DNA of 64,000 nt from a bacterium (lineage in GTDB: Bacteria > Vulcanimicrobiota > Vulcanimicrobiia > Vulcanimicrobiales > SCRA01). Both the position numbers and the translations under genes were made by a program. The notes under the pieces were generated by a model. The model had not been told where the DNA came from, did no database searches, and saw only the letters and a list, made by a program, of their open reading frames with translations. The stretch covers positions 13,181 through 77,180 of the forward strand of contig SCRI01000002.1 in the NCBI GenBank assembly GCA_004298675.1, read 5' to 3'. Below, piece after piece: positions 9,226-19,525 of this stretch (its first letter is position 1; every line of letters starts with the position of its first letter).

Positions 9226-10575
9226 ATGCCCTTGACCGATACCGCCGCCCGCCTGCGCTTGCTCTGGCACGAGATCGCCGCGGCGGCGCGCGGTGCCATG
9301 CCGTCCACCGGTTCCTCGAAACTGGACGGACGCCAGACGCAGCGCCTGCGTGAGGAGCTACAGGCGGTACTCGAGGAGCGCGGCGGTGAGATCGCAGCGC
9401 GAGCCCGCGCCGCGCTAGCCGGGCAGCTCTATCTCTCGCTCGACGCCGAAGGACGCGAACGTTTTCTACGCGTCTTGGCCTCATTCGGAGCCGAACGCGA
9501 GCGCGTCGACGGCTTGGCGGCGGAGCTGTGCCGGACCGACGAACCCGCGCAGCGCCGGCGCGTCGAGCGCTCGCTCCGCCGCGCGCTCGAACCCCCGCGC
9601 GTCGCGCTGCTGCGGCGCTTCAACAGCCTGCCCGAGGGCGTCAAGTTCCTGGTCGATCTGCGGGCCGATCTGCTCGACGCCGCCGGCGACGATCAGGAGC
9701 TGCGCGGGCTCGAAGGCGACCTTCACGATCTCCTGGTCTCGTGGTTCGACATCGGGTTTTTGGAGTTGCGTCGCATCACGTGGGACTCTCCGGCGGCGCT
9801 GCTGGAGCGCCTAGCCAACTACGAAGCGGTACACGAAGTACGCGGCTGGTCCGACATCAAGAATCGCCTCGACGCCGACCGCCGCTGCTTCGCGTTCTTC
9901 CACCCGCTGATGCCGTCGGAACCGCTGATCTTCATCGAGGTCGCACTGGTCAACGAGCTCTCCGGCGATATCGCGGCGCTGCTGGACCAGCGGGCGCCGC
10001 TGGGCGCCGCGCTCACCTCCACCCACGCGATCTTCTACTCGATTTCGAACTGCCAGCGAGGATTGGTCGGCATCAGCTTCGGTAACGCACTGATCAAGCG
10101 CGTGGTCGACGTCCTCTCCACGGAGCTGCGCAACGTCAAAACGTTCTCGACGCTCTCACCGATTCCGGGCTTCTCTACTTGGCTGGAGCACGCCGACGAG
10201 CGGCCTACGGGCGACGGCTCACCCAACGCGCTGCGCGCGATGCTGGCCAAACGCGCCTGGTACCGCGATCCCGAAAGCGTGGAAGCCGTGCGCGAGCCGC
10301 TCATGCGGCTGTGCGCGCACTACTTGATCGAGGAGCGCCGCGCCGGCTCCACACGCGCGCTCGACCCGGTGGCCCACTTTCACCTGAGCAACGGCGCGCA
10401 GATCGAGCGCATCAACTGGCTGGGCGACCGCTCGCCGCGTGGCTTGCGCGAATCCGCGGGCATGATGGCCAACTACGTCTACCGGCTGGATCAGATCGAC
10501 GACAACCATCAAGCCTACACCCAGCGCGGTGAGATCGCCGCCGCAAGCGGGGTGCGGCGGCTGCTGCGCCACTAG
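9226..10575 (+). CDS. Malonyl-CoA decarboxylase
   Basis: Motifs FFHPLMPSEPLIFIEVAL, FSTLSPIPGF and HFHLSNGA are typical of the MCD family. Confidence 0.8.
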   Translation: MPLTDTAARLRLLWHEIAAAARGAMPSTGSSKLDGRQTQRLREELQAVLEERGGEIAARARAALAGQLYLSLDAEGRERFLRVLASFGAERERVDGLAAELCRTDEPAQRRRVERSLRRALEPPRVALLRRFNSLPEGVKFLVDLRADLLDAAGDDQELRGLEGDLHDLLVSWFDIGFLELRRITWDSPAALLERLANYEAVHEVRGWSDIKNRLDADRRCFAFFHPLMPSEPLIFIEVALVNELSGDIAALLDQRAPLGAALTSTHAIFYSISNCQRGLVGISFGNALIKRVVDVLSTELRNVKTFSTLSPIPGFSTWLEHADERPTGDGSPNALRAMLAKRAWYRDPESVEAVREPLMRLCAHYLIEERRAGSTRALDPVAHFHLSNGAQIERINWLGDRSPRGLRESAGMMANYVYRLDQIDDNHQAYTQRGEIAAASGVRRLLRH

Positions 10576-11165
10576 ACCGCGGCCCCGGCGCGCAACAGCC
10601 TCCAGAGCACCTCGACACGCGCGCGCAGGTCCTCTAGCGTGCCGTCGTTCTCCACGACGTAGTCCGCGCGGCTGCGTGCAAGCGCCGGCTCGATCTGTGC
10701 CGCCATGCGCGCGCGCGCCTGCTCCAGGCTGGCGCCATCGCGCTCCACGATCCGGCGCAGGCGCGCCTCCAGCGGCGCGATCACCGCCACGGTCTTGTCG
10801 CACATCTTCCAAAAATCCGACTCGAAGAGCAACGGCACCACGAAGACGACGATCTCACCGGGCGTGGCCCGCGCGGCCTGCGCGAGAGCCAGCTCACGGA
10901 TGCGCGGATGCAGCAACGCGTTGAGCTCGGCGCGAGCCTGCGGATCGGCGAAGACGACGGCGGCTAGCGCCGTGCGGTCCAGCGTCCCATCCACGGCAAG
11001 CGCCTGCGGCCAACGCCGCGCGATGGAGGCAAGCGCCTTGCTGCCGGGGGCGACGGCCTCGCGCGCGAGCAGATCCGTATCGATAATGCGCGCGCCGTGG
11101 CCGCGCAGCAACTCCGCCACCGCGGACTTACCGGAACCGATACCCCCGGTCAGCCCAACCCTCAT
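10572..11165 (-). CDS. coaE: Dephospho-CoA kinase
   Basis: MRVGLTGGIGSGKS P-loop at the N-terminus. About 197 aa. Confidence 0.85.
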   Translation of the reverse strand: MRVGLTGGIGSGKSAVAELLRGHGARIIDTDLLAREAVAPGSKALASIARRWPQALAVDGTLDRTALAAVVFADPQARAELNALLHPRIRELALAQAARATPGEIVVFVVPLLFESDFWKMCDKTVAVIAPLEARLRRIVERDGASLEQARARMAAQIEPALARSRADYVVENDGTLEDLRARVEVLWRLLRAGAAV

Positions 11166-11263
11166 GCCATGCCTCGCATCGTCGCAAATATACGCAGCGC
11201 ATTCGCGGGTGCCTCCGTGGCTCCGCCGTTTATCGGCGGCCCGGTGCGGTGAAATGATGGCTG

Positions 11264-11926
11264 ATGGGAGCAGGCATCGAGACGCGGGACGTCGAGATCG
11301 CGGCCGCCGGGGCGCAGTTGCGGGCAATCGTGAGCCTACCGGCTACGCCGCTAGGGCTCGTGTTCTTCGCGCACGGAAGCGGCAGCAGCCGCTTTAGCAC
11401 GCGCAATCAGCAGGTGGCAGCGGTGCTGCAAGGCGGGGGGTTGGCAACGGTGCTGCTGGACCTGCTGACGCCGCGTGAGGCCGTGATCGACGAGCGCACG
11501 CGCGAGTACCGCTTCGACATCGAACTGCTGGCGCGCCGGCTGGACGGCGCTACAACCGCGGCGCCGGCGCTCGTGCGCGGCGCGCTGCCGCCACTCGGCT
11601 ACTTCGGCGCCAGCACCGGCGCGGCGGCGGCGCTGATCGCGGCGGCGGTACGCACGGACGTCCGCGCCGTCGTCTCGCGCGGCGGACGCCCCGACTTGGC
11701 CGCCGGTGTACTCGCGCGCGTCCACGCCGCAGTGCTGCTGATCGTGGGCGGCAACGATCCCGAAGTCCTGCGGCTGAATCAGTCCGCGCAGCGTCAACTA
11801 GCCGGCAAGAGCGATCTGTTGGTGGTTCCTGGAGCTACCCACCTGTTCGAAGAGCCGGGCACGCTGGGGGTTGCGGCACAAGCGGCCTGTGACTGGTTCC
11901 TGCGTCATCTAGCCGGCGGATCGTAG
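11264..11926 (+). CDS. Alpha/beta hydrolase (dienelactone-hydrolase-like)
   Basis: 220 aa. VFFAHGSGSS, a GASTGAAAAL nucleophile-elbow-like segment and PGATHLFEEPG. Confidence 0.65.
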   Translation: MGAGIETRDVEIAAAGAQLRAIVSLPATPLGLVFFAHGSGSSRFSTRNQQVAAVLQGGGLATVLLDLLTPREAVIDERTREYRFDIELLARRLDGATTAAPALVRGALPPLGYFGASTGAAAALIAAAVRTDVRAVVSRGGRPDLAAGVLARVHAAVLLIVGGNDPEVLRLNQSAQRQLAGKSDLLVVPGATHLFEEPGTLGVAAQAACDWFLRHLAGGS

Positions 11927-11970
11927 ACAAAAAAGGAGAGGCGGCGCCCATAGGGGTGCCGCCTCTCCTT
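11927..11970 (-). terminator. Intrinsic terminator downstream of rpsA
   Basis: Perfect 13-bp stem AAGGAGAGGCGGC (11933-11945) pairing with GCCGCCTCTCCTT (11958-11970), extendable further. On the minus strand it is followed by a run of six T (A-run 11929-11934). Confidence 0.7.
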
Positions 11971-11987
11971 GCTGCAACGCGCAGGCT

Positions 11988-13145
11988 CTAGGCCTCCGAG
12001 AAGGGGTCCTCCCCGATGATGTCGCCGATGGTCGTGCCGTGCTCGCCTTCGGAGTGGTAGTACTCCGTGAAGTCCTCCACACCGGTGACGCGCAACGAGC
12101 CCGTGATGCGGCGCGTGGACTGATTGACGGTCATGAGCTTGACGTCGATCTCCTCGCCGCTCTGGTACTGCTTGTTCGGATCGAACTCGCCCTTGGGCAC
12201 CATAGCGAGGATGCCGGGGAAGACTTCGACGAGCAAGTAGTTCGGCGTGATCTTGACGACCTGCGCCTTGTGGACGTAGTTTTCGACCAAGTCCGCCGCA
12301 TGCTCGACCCAGGGGTCGGGCAACGAGTGCTTGAGCGAGAGGCTGACCTTCTTGGCTTCGGGATCGAACTTCATGATCTCGACGTTGACCACGTCGCCGA
12401 CCTTGACCACCTCGGACGGGTGCTTGATGCGCGCGTACGAGAGTTCGGAGTTGTGGATGAGACCATCCACGCCGCCGAGATCGACGAACGCGCCAAACTC
12501 CGCCAGACGCACCACGGTGCCCTCGCGGATCTGCCCCACGGCCAGGGTGCTCAGCAACTCCTGCTTCTTCTGGTTGAGCTCTTCCTCGAGCACGAGTCGC
12601 TGCGAAAGCACGACGCGATGGCGCTTGTGGTCGAGGTCGATGACCTTCAAGCGCAGTTTCTTGCCGACCAGCTCCTCGAGATTGCCGACAGGCTGACGGC
12701 GAATCTGCGACGCGGGAACGAACCCGCGCATGCCGAGATCGACGAGCACGCCGCCCTTGACCACCTGGGTGGCCGTGGCTTCGATGACTTCGTCGTTCTC
12801 GTGGGCGGCGATGACCTTCTCCCAGGTCTTGAGGGCACGCGCGCGACGCTCGGAGAGAAAGAGATCACCGTCGTCGTCGACGCGGTGGATCATCACTTCG
12901 AGTGTGTCGTTGACCTTGAGTGACTTGGCGTCGATCGCGAGCGAAAGCTCGCGGAACGGGAGGATGCCCTCCGATTTGCCGCCGATGTCGACCAGGAGCT
13001 CGTCCTGGTACTTGGCGACGATGGTGCCGGTCAGCACCTGGCCCTCGTCGAGGACCTTGAGACTCTCTTCGTAGAGGCGCTGCTCGAGCGCGAACTGGTC
13101 TTCTTCCTCCGTCTGCTGCGCGACGTTCGGATGCGTCTCTGTCAA
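11988..13145 (-). CDS. rpsA: 30S ribosomal protein S1
   Basis: Four S1 (OB) repeats. A TTG start gives (M)TETHP..., compared with E. coli MTESF. The upstream part of the ORF overlaps mutM and is rejected. Confidence 0.85.
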   Translation of the reverse strand: MTETHPNVAQQTEEEDQFALEQRLYEESLKVLDEGQVLTGTIVAKYQDELLVDIGGKSEGILPFRELSLAIDAKSLKVNDTLEVMIHRVDDDGDLFLSERRARALKTWEKVIAAHENDEVIEATATQVVKGGVLVDLGMRGFVPASQIRRQPVGNLEELVGKKLRLKVIDLDHKRHRVVLSQRLVLEEELNQKKQELLSTLAVGQIREGTVVRLAEFGAFVDLGGVDGLIHNSELSYARIKHPSEVVKVGDVVNVEIMKFDPEAKKVSLSLKHSLPDPWVEHAADLVENYVHKAQVVKITPNYLLVEVFPGILAMVPKGEFDPNKQYQSGEEIDVKLMTVNQSTRRITGSLRVTGVEDFTEYYHSEGEHGTTIGDIIGEDPFSEA

Positions 13146-13183
13146 AATGGTGATGTAACCTAATCCTTCACTGTTATATTTGC

Positions 13184-13990
13184 CTACCGTTGGCAGCGCG
13201 GGCAGTAGAACGTGCCGCGTTGACCGAGGGTGACCCGTTTTACGGGCGCATGGCAACGAAGACACGAGAGGCCCTCCCTGCCATAGACGGCCAGCTTGTT
13301 CTGGAAGCCGCCTGTGAGTCCCTCCGCGTCCACGTAGTGCTCCACGCTGGTCCCGCGCCAGGTGATGGCCTCCTCTAAGACCCGGACCAGGGCTGAATGG
13401 AGGCGCCGGACCCTGACGCCGGAGATGCGGCCGGCTGGCCTGGCCGGATGGATACCGGCCCTAAAGAGGGCCTCGCAGGCGTAGATGTTGCCGATCCCAG
13501 CGATGAGACGCTGATCGAGCAGGAGCGTCTTGATCGGCCCGCGATGGCCGGCAAGCAGGCTGGCGAGGCGCTGGGGCGTGAAGGCGGGGTCCAGCGGCTC
13601 CACCCCCAGACCGGCCGCCCAGGCGCCGTCCTCGGTCAGGCGCATGCGCCCGAACCGGCGCACGTCGGAGAAGCGCAGCCAGCCGCCCTCGCGGAAGTGC
13701 AGGCGCACGCGCGCGTAGGGATCCTCGGCCGGGCTCGGCTCGACGATCAGCCGCCCGGTCATGCGCAGATGGACCGTCAGCGTGCGCCCTGACGCCAGGG
13801 GAAAGACAATGAACTTGGCCCGGCGCGAGACGCTCTCGATGCGCTCGCCGCGCAGCAGCGCGGGAAAGTCGCCGGGTAGATCGTTGACGACGCTGGCGGG
13901 GGTTTCCACGCGCACCTCCGCGATGCGCCGCCCAGGAATGGTCCGTGCGAGACCGCGCACGATGGTCTCGACTTCGGGAAGCTCGGGCAT
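13184..13990 (-). CDS. mutM: Formamidopyrimidine-DNA glycosylase
   Basis: MPELPEVETIVRGL N-terminus and a C-terminal zinc finger CLRC...CPRCQ. Confidence 0.9.
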   Translation of the reverse strand: MPELPEVETIVRGLARTIPGRRIAEVRVETPASVVNDLPGDFPALLRGERIESVSRRAKFIVFPLASGRTLTVHLRMTGRLIVEPSPAEDPYARVRLHFREGGWLRFSDVRRFGRMRLTEDGAWAAGLGVEPLDPAFTPQRLASLLAGHRGPIKTLLLDQRLIAGIGNIYACEALFRAGIHPARPAGRISGVRVRRLHSALVRVLEEAITWRGTSVEHYVDAEGLTGGFQNKLAVYGREGLSCLRCHAPVKRVTLGQRGTFYCPRCQR

Positions 13991-14041
13991 AGCCTGGTGG
14001 ACTTGTTCTCCTCGATCCTCGCTCCCTATCGCCAGGAGCGC

Positions 14042-14479
14042 TTACTCTCGAGCGAGCTCCGGCAGGCCAGAGACGCGCGCGCCTTCGCGCAGGCCGTCGT
14101 GCGCAGCTTCGTTCGCCGGCAGCTCGAGCACGTAGGCGCCGACACCCGCGCGCCTGGCGACGCGATCGTCGGGCGTTCCGGACGGAGTGCGCGGCACGCG
14201 CACCGCGACGGAGGAGACCGTGCCGTCTCTGCGCAGCCAAACCATATCGAGATCGATCAGCGTGTCCTTCATCCAGAACGTCCACGGCTTCTCCGCCGCA
14301 AAGACGAAGAGCATTCCGGTATGCGGCGCCAACGCCGTCACATGCATCAAACCGCGCTCGCGCTGCGCGCTGGTACGCGCTACTTGTACGTGCAGTGCGG
14401 CGTTGGGTGCGTGCAACTCCAGTGCCTGCAGCGGTGCGGCGACGGCAAGCACTGAGGCCAGCGCCATCAGCGCGATCAC
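14042..14479 (-). CDS. DUF192-family secreted protein
   Basis: Signal peptide, then RGLMHV...GMLFVF...FWMKDTLIDLDMVWL, typical of DUF192/COG1430. GTG start overlaps the polA TGA. Confidence 0.7.
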   Translation of the reverse strand: MIALMALASVLAVAAPLQALELHAPNAALHVQVARTSAQRERGLMHVTALAPHTGMLFVFAAEKPWTFWMKDTLIDLDMVWLRRDGTVSSVAVRVPRTPSGTPDDRVARRAGVGAYVLELPANEAAHDGLREGARVSGLPELARE

Positions 14480-17148
14480 GACACCTCTTCGGCCGCGGCC
14501 GTCTCCTCCACCATCTCCACGTCGTACCAGGTGGGTCCGACCTTCATCGAGACCTCTAGCGGCACGCTGAGCTCTAGCGCGCCGGTCATCTCCCGCCGCA
14601 CCACAGCGATCGTACGGTCGAGACCATGCTGCGCGACGTCGAAGAGCAGCTCATCGTGAATCTGCAGCAGCATGGCGGCATCCAGACCCTCCGCGCGCAG
14701 CGCGCGCTCCACGCGCACCATCGCCAGCTTGACGAGATCGGCGGCACTGCCTTGCACGGGCGCATTGACGGCCTCGCGCTCGGCGGCGCCGCGCACCGCG
14801 AAATTCTTGGCACGCAAATCCGGCAGATAACGCCGGCGCCCCAGGATCGTGGAGACGTAGCCGCGCTCGCGGCCCTGCTTCACGATGCCGTCGAGGAAGG
14901 CGTGCACGCTGGGAAAGCGCGCGAAGTAGGAACGCGAGATCTCGTGTGCGGCGGCGCGGTCGATCTCCAAGCGCTGCGCCAAGCCGAAGTCGCTCATGCC
15001 GTAGAGCAAGCCGAAGTTGACGGCCTTGGCCATACGGCGCTGCTCCGGCGCTACCGTCGTGCCTGTCGGCACGTCGAAGATGCGCCGCGCCGTGAAGTCG
15101 TGGATGTCCTGACCCTCGTGAAAGGCGGCGCGCATCGACTCGTCGCCGGAAAGGTGCGCCATCAGACGCAACTCGATCTGCGAGTAGTCCGCCGCCAGCA
15201 GCACGCGCCCTGGGCCGGAGGCCACGAAGGCACGGCGCACGCGCCGCCCCAGCTCGGTGCGCACGGGAATGTTCTGCAGGTTGGGGTTGATCGAGGAGAG
15301 CCGCCCCGTGGCCGTGGCAGTCTGACGCCACTGCGTGTGCAGGCGCCCGCGTTCGTCCGTCAGCGTGGGCAGCACGTCCACATAGGTGGAGCTCAACTTC
15401 GTGAGCTCGCGCCACTCCAAGACGAGCGCGCAGATGGGGAAGTCGCGCGCCAAGCTCTGCAAGATCTCGGCACCCGTTCCCCAACCCGTCTTCGTGCGCT
15501 TGCCGCCCGGCAGCGCGAGGTCTTCGAAAAGTACCTTCCCCAACTGCTGCGGTGAGGCGAGGTTGAACTCGTGTCCGGCCAAGTCGTAGATCTCGCGCTC
15601 TACCTGCGCCGCGCGCTCGGTGATGCCGCCGCTCATCTCGCGCAGCGCTGCGGCGTCGAGCGCGATGCCCGTCTCCTCCATGCGCGCGAGGATCGGAACC
15701 AGCGGCACCTCCACTTCTTCGTAGAGCCGCATCTGCTCGCGCTCGGCCAGGGCGCCGCGCACGGCCGCCGCAAGGCGCAGCACGGCGTCGGCACGTGCGG
15801 CGGGCTCCCAGGGCAGGCCTACATCGAGATGCTCCCGCACCGCGTCGTCGAGCTCGCCATACGCGCGCGAGGGATTCAGCAGGTGTGCCGCCACCATCGT
15901 GTCGTCGCGCAGGCCCGTGGGCTCGATGCCGGCGGCGATCAAGCGGCGCAGCAACGGCTTGGCATCGTGCATCAGCTTGGGCTGGGCCGCGGTCCAGAGG
16001 CGCGCGAAGGGCGCCCGCACCGGATCGGCCAGGGCGGCCGCCAGACTCAGCGAGAGGCCCTCCCCGGCGCGTCCGCATAGACCGAGCTGCTCGCCCGCGC
16101 CGTCCAGGTACACGGCTACCGTTTCGGCAGCGCACAACTCATCCACTAATGCGGCCAAGCGCGCGAGATCGGGCGGATCCACCGCGGCGAGATAGGAGCG
16201 ATACGTTCCCTGCACCGTCGCTGCCTGCGGCGCCGCCTCGCGCCGCTCGGGCAACTGCAGCTTTGCCAGCAGCGCCTTGAACTCGAGCTCCGAGAAAATC
16301 GGGTAGAGGCGCTCGTCGCTGGGCGCGGTGTAACGGGCCTGCTCCCAGGTACGCGCGATGGGAACTTCACGATCCACACGCGAGACGTCGCGACAGAGCA
16401 GTGCCTGCAGCGCGTGCGCTCGAATCAAGTTGGCGAGCTTCTCGCTGCCCGCCAGCTCCGGGTGAGCGACGAGGTTATCCAGCGTGTGCGCCGCTTGGAT
16501 CATCTTAATCGCGGTCTTCTCACCCACGCCCGGCACGCCGGGGAGGTTGTCCGAGGGGTCGCCTTTGAGCCCGCGGTAATCCACCAGCTGCGCCGGCTCC
16601 AATCCGTAACGCTCTTGCACGGCCGCGACGTCGTAACGGCCGAGATCGCTGATCCCACGCCGCGTCACCAGCACCGTCGTGCGCTCGTCCACGATCTGCA
16701 GCAGGTCCATGTCGCCGGTGACGACCAGCGTGTCGAAGCCGTCTTCGCCGGCCTGGCGGGCGATCGTCGCGATCACGTCGTCGGCCTCTTTGCCCTCGTA
16801 CTCCGCCACGGGAATGTCATAGGCTTCCAGAATGCGGCGCACCAGCGGAAACTGCGAGCGCAGATCGTCGGGCGTCTCCTGCCGCTGCGCTTTGTACTCT
16901 TTGAACAGCTCCACGCGCTCGTGCGGCAACCCCTTGTCGAAGCAGGCGATGAGGTGCGTGGGGTGCTCCTCCGCGATCAGCTTGCGCAGCATCATCGTGA
17001 AGCCTAAGACGGCGTTGATCGCCACGCCTTTGGTCGTGGTGAGCGCAGGCAGCGCGAAGAACGCGCGATAGACCAAACCATACGAGTCAAGTAACAGCAG
17101 CCGCCCGGAGGGATCGCGCCGCCGGTCGAAGAGCGTAGCCTCCTTCAT
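14476..17148 (-). CDS. polA: DNA polymerase I
   Basis: 5'-nuclease N-terminus LLLLDSYGLVYRAFFAL. Polymerase motifs DYSQIELR, RRMAKAVNFGLLYG and QIHDELLF. Start at MKEATLF; the 86 upstream codons are Arg-rich junk. Confidence 0.95.
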   Translation of the reverse strand: MKEATLFDRRRDPSGRLLLLDSYGLVYRAFFALPALTTTKGVAINAVLGFTMMLRKLIAEEHPTHLIACFDKGLPHERVELFKEYKAQRQETPDDLRSQFPLVRRILEAYDIPVAEYEGKEADDVIATIARQAGEDGFDTLVVTGDMDLLQIVDERTTVLVTRRGISDLGRYDVAAVQERYGLEPAQLVDYRGLKGDPSDNLPGVPGVGEKTAIKMIQAAHTLDNLVAHPELAGSEKLANLIRAHALQALLCRDVSRVDREVPIARTWEQARYTAPSDERLYPIFSELEFKALLAKLQLPERREAAPQAATVQGTYRSYLAAVDPPDLARLAALVDELCAAETVAVYLDGAGEQLGLCGRAGEGLSLSLAAALADPVRAPFARLWTAAQPKLMHDAKPLLRRLIAAGIEPTGLRDDTMVAAHLLNPSRAYGELDDAVREHLDVGLPWEPAARADAVLRLAAAVRGALAEREQMRLYEEVEVPLVPILARMEETGIALDAAALREMSGGITERAAQVEREIYDLAGHEFNLASPQQLGKVLFEDLALPGGKRTKTGWGTGAEILQSLARDFPICALVLEWRELTKLSSTYVDVLPTLTDERGRLHTQWRQTATATGRLSSINPNLQNIPVRTELGRRVRRAFVASGPGRVLLAADYSQIELRLMAHLSGDESMRAAFHEGQDIHDFTARRIFDVPTGTTVAPEQRRMAKAVNFGLLYGMSDFGLAQRLEIDRAAAHEISRSYFARFPSVHAFLDGIVKQGRERGYVSTILGRRRYLPDLRAKNFAVRGAAEREAVNAPVQGSAADLVKLAMVRVERALRAEGLDAAMLLQIHDELLFDVAQHGLDRTIAVVRREMTGALELSVPLEVSMKVGPTWYDVEMVEETAAAEEVS

Positions 17149-19493
17149 CGTACCTCGACGTTCGACGCGGCCGCTCCAACGCGGCCGTCGGCGGAGATCA
17201 CGAGCACGGAGAGCGCGTAGCGCCCGCGTTCCTTGGGTGCGGTGACGGCCGCGGAGAGCGCTCCGCCGCCGCCGCGCACCACGCTCCAGGCGTAGATACG
17301 TACCGGCGTGGACGGCGCCGCGGCACGTCTGGTTGCGATCCGGGTGCGCTGCAGCGCGAAGAGATCGCCCACGTTGGAGCCTGCCGGCGTCACCCACGCG
17401 TGCCACACGGCGTCCCGCGGCGCGGAATCCTGCGTCGTCACGGCGGACGACGACAGCAGCGCCACCGCATCTCCAAAGCCCGACCCTGGCGACGCCGCCT
17501 CGTCCGCGATGCGCACCACCGCCGTGGCGGCGTTGCTCGTGCCGACGTGAACGCGCAATTCCGCTGAAGCACCCGGCGCCAGCGCCTGCAATGGATCGAC
17601 GTGCACGTCCAGCCGTCCCGCGCTGGGCATAGCGGCGTCGCGCCAGACTAGCGTGCCGTCCTTGACGAAGCAGACGCCGATCGCGGCATTGTCGGCGACG
17701 CCCTTGAGTGCGAGGCGCGCCTGCGCGTGCCCAGCGCGCACGGCTACCGTCTGCGCGTCGAGTACACGCGCGGTCTGCAGCGCCACCAGCGCCGAACCCG
17801 TTGCGCCGCTCAGATCCGCGTCGACGCGCAACGCCTCGCCGTCGCGAGCGGCGTGCACGTTGATATCGGACGATGAGGCCGCCGCCGGCTCCAGCGCTAG
17901 ATCCTGCGGCGCGCTCACTACGCCCACCGCATCGACGGCATCTTCGTCCTTGGCGACGATGAGATTGCCTCCAAGATACGGGCTGTTGAAGGCCAGCGTC
18001 GCCTCGCCCGCGCGATCCAGGCGCACCGTCTGACTCTGCACGGAGAGGCCGTGTGAGAGCGTCACCCGCACCTCGCGGCCCGGCGTGGGGGCGCCGTCGG
18101 CGACTTGATAGCCGCGAATCTGCAAGCGGACCGGCGCGCCCGCCGCCACGCGATTGCGCTCCGGCACGATCTCCAGCGCCCGCGCCGCGGAGGCCACGAC
18201 CACCGCCTCGGCCGAGGCGTTGCTGGCCGTCGCGCGCACGACGTAGGTGGACGGCAGCCCGTCCGTAGGCGGCTCCAGCGTAAACTCGGCGCGGCCGTTA
18301 CCGTCCGTTCGCAGCGTGCGCGCGAAGACGGTTGCGGCGCCCCAGAGATCGTCGAGGTTACCCGAGAAACTAGGCGGCAGCGCGTGGGGAGCGCGCACCA
18401 CGCTCACCTTCACCGTGACGCCGGCCTCGGCGCTGCCATCGCGCCGGACCGTCAGCGAGACCGGCACCGCAGCCGTTGCGGAAGGATTAGCCGGCGCACC
18501 GACGTTGAGCGTGACCCCCTCGCTGCGCGGGGCCACGTGCAGCGGCGCGCTGCCTGAAGCGCCCGCGGCGGAGGCCAGCACGGCGTAGTCGCCTTGTGGC
18601 AGCGTGTACGGGAGCGTCAGCTCGGCGGCAAAGGCGCCGTTGGAATCGAGCGCCGCGCGTGTCGACGCCGCGGCGTGCGCGGAGCCCACCAAGTGCACCT
18701 GCACCTCACCCCCCGCCGGCACCAGGTCCTCGCCTTTGCGCACGCGCGCGAAGCCCGCCACGCGTACGGCCTCACCGGCACGCGCCGTGTCGCGATCCAG
18801 ACGTACCACGAGCACGGCACGCGGATCGGGGGCCTGCGGCAAGAGCGAGAGGAACGGCTGACTCTTCCCCCACGCGCCGAGCACGAAGATGGGGCGCGCG
18901 CGCCCCGACCAATGATAGAGACCGTTGAGGTCCGTGTAATGGGTGTCGAAGCGGCCGCCCGCCACGAAGGAGAGCCGCAGATGCGAGAGCGGCTGGCCGC
19001 TGCGCAGGTCGGCGGCGTAGATCAGCAAACCCTCCGGCCCGGACTTCGCTAGCAACCCCACGGACGAAACGTTCAGCCACACTTGCTGCGCGGCGTCGCC
19101 GCGCCGGGCCTCGAGAACGTAGAAGCCCTCGCGCCCGTTGACGGGCACGCTCACTTGATTCGAGGTGTAACGGTAGCCCTCGGGAGGCGTGAAGCGCCAA
19201 TGTTCGACGGCACGGGCGTGCGAGAGATCGATGGCCCGCTCTTTGACCGTCGCGCCGTTAGCGATCAGCACGTCGGCGGGATCGACGGCGTAGAGCGAGA
19301 GATCGACCGGCGCGCCGGAGTACGTGTCGAGACGCACCTGCACGGGCTGCCATGGTTGGTACTCGTCACGCGCGAACAGCGCAAAGTAGCGATCCCACTG
19401 GTGCTGGTCGAGCAACGGCCTTGCCGCTCGTGCCGGCGCTGCGGAGAGCGACAGCAAGACGATGGCGAGAACGGCGAGCAGGCGCGATTTCAT
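17145..19493 (-). CDS. Large secreted protein with alpha-2-macroglobulin MG-domain-like repeats and no visible thioester motif
   Basis: Signal peptide MKSRLLAVLAIVLLSLSAAPARA. Segments such as GFYVLEARRGDAAQQVWLNVSSVGLLAK...LLIYAADLRSGQPL resemble MG2-type domains. No CxEQ motif. Stop overlaps the polA ATG (ATGA). That a gene is present is well supported. The 0.5 confidence refers to the family call, which is tentative. Confidence 0.5.
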   Translation of the reverse strand: MKSRLLAVLAIVLLSLSAAPARAARPLLDQHQWDRYFALFARDEYQPWQPVQVRLDTYSGAPVDLSLYAVDPADVLIANGATVKERAIDLSHARAVEHWRFTPPEGYRYTSNQVSVPVNGREGFYVLEARRGDAAQQVWLNVSSVGLLAKSGPEGLLIYAADLRSGQPLSHLRLSFVAGGRFDTHYTDLNGLYHWSGRARPIFVLGAWGKSQPFLSLLPQAPDPRAVLVVRLDRDTARAGEAVRVAGFARVRKGEDLVPAGGEVQVHLVGSAHAAASTRAALDSNGAFAAELTLPYTLPQGDYAVLASAAGASGSAPLHVAPRSEGVTLNVGAPANPSATAAVPVSLTVRRDGSAEAGVTVKVSVVRAPHALPPSFSGNLDDLWGAATVFARTLRTDGNGRAEFTLEPPTDGLPSTYVVRATASNASAEAVVVASAARALEIVPERNRVAAGAPVRLQIRGYQVADGAPTPGREVRVTLSHGLSVQSQTVRLDRAGEATLAFNSPYLGGNLIVAKDEDAVDAVGVVSAPQDLALEPAAASSSDINVHAARDGEALRVDADLSGATGSALVALQTARVLDAQTVAVRAGHAQARLALKGVADNAAIGVCFVKDGTLVWRDAAMPSAGRLDVHVDPLQALAPGASAELRVHVGTSNAATAVVRIADEAASPGSGFGDAVALLSSSAVTTQDSAPRDAVWHAWVTPAGSNVGDLFALQRTRIATRRAAAPSTPVRIYAWSVVRGGGGALSAAVTAPKERGRYALSVLVISADGRVGAAASNVEVR

Positions 19494-19525
19494 AGGCTCG
19501 AAGGCGCTTCGGCGGCGGGGAATCG

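Noticed and set aside
17149-17406. N-terminal extension of polA in the track (976 aa), with similar extensions on coaE, lnt, the lipoprotein, the APC permease, the FGGY kinase, tricorn and SBP2
   Set aside because: The extensions are Arg-rich and overlap the upstream gene. They precede clear homologue-like N-termini or signal peptides that have an SD sequence or a 4-nt stop/start overlap.
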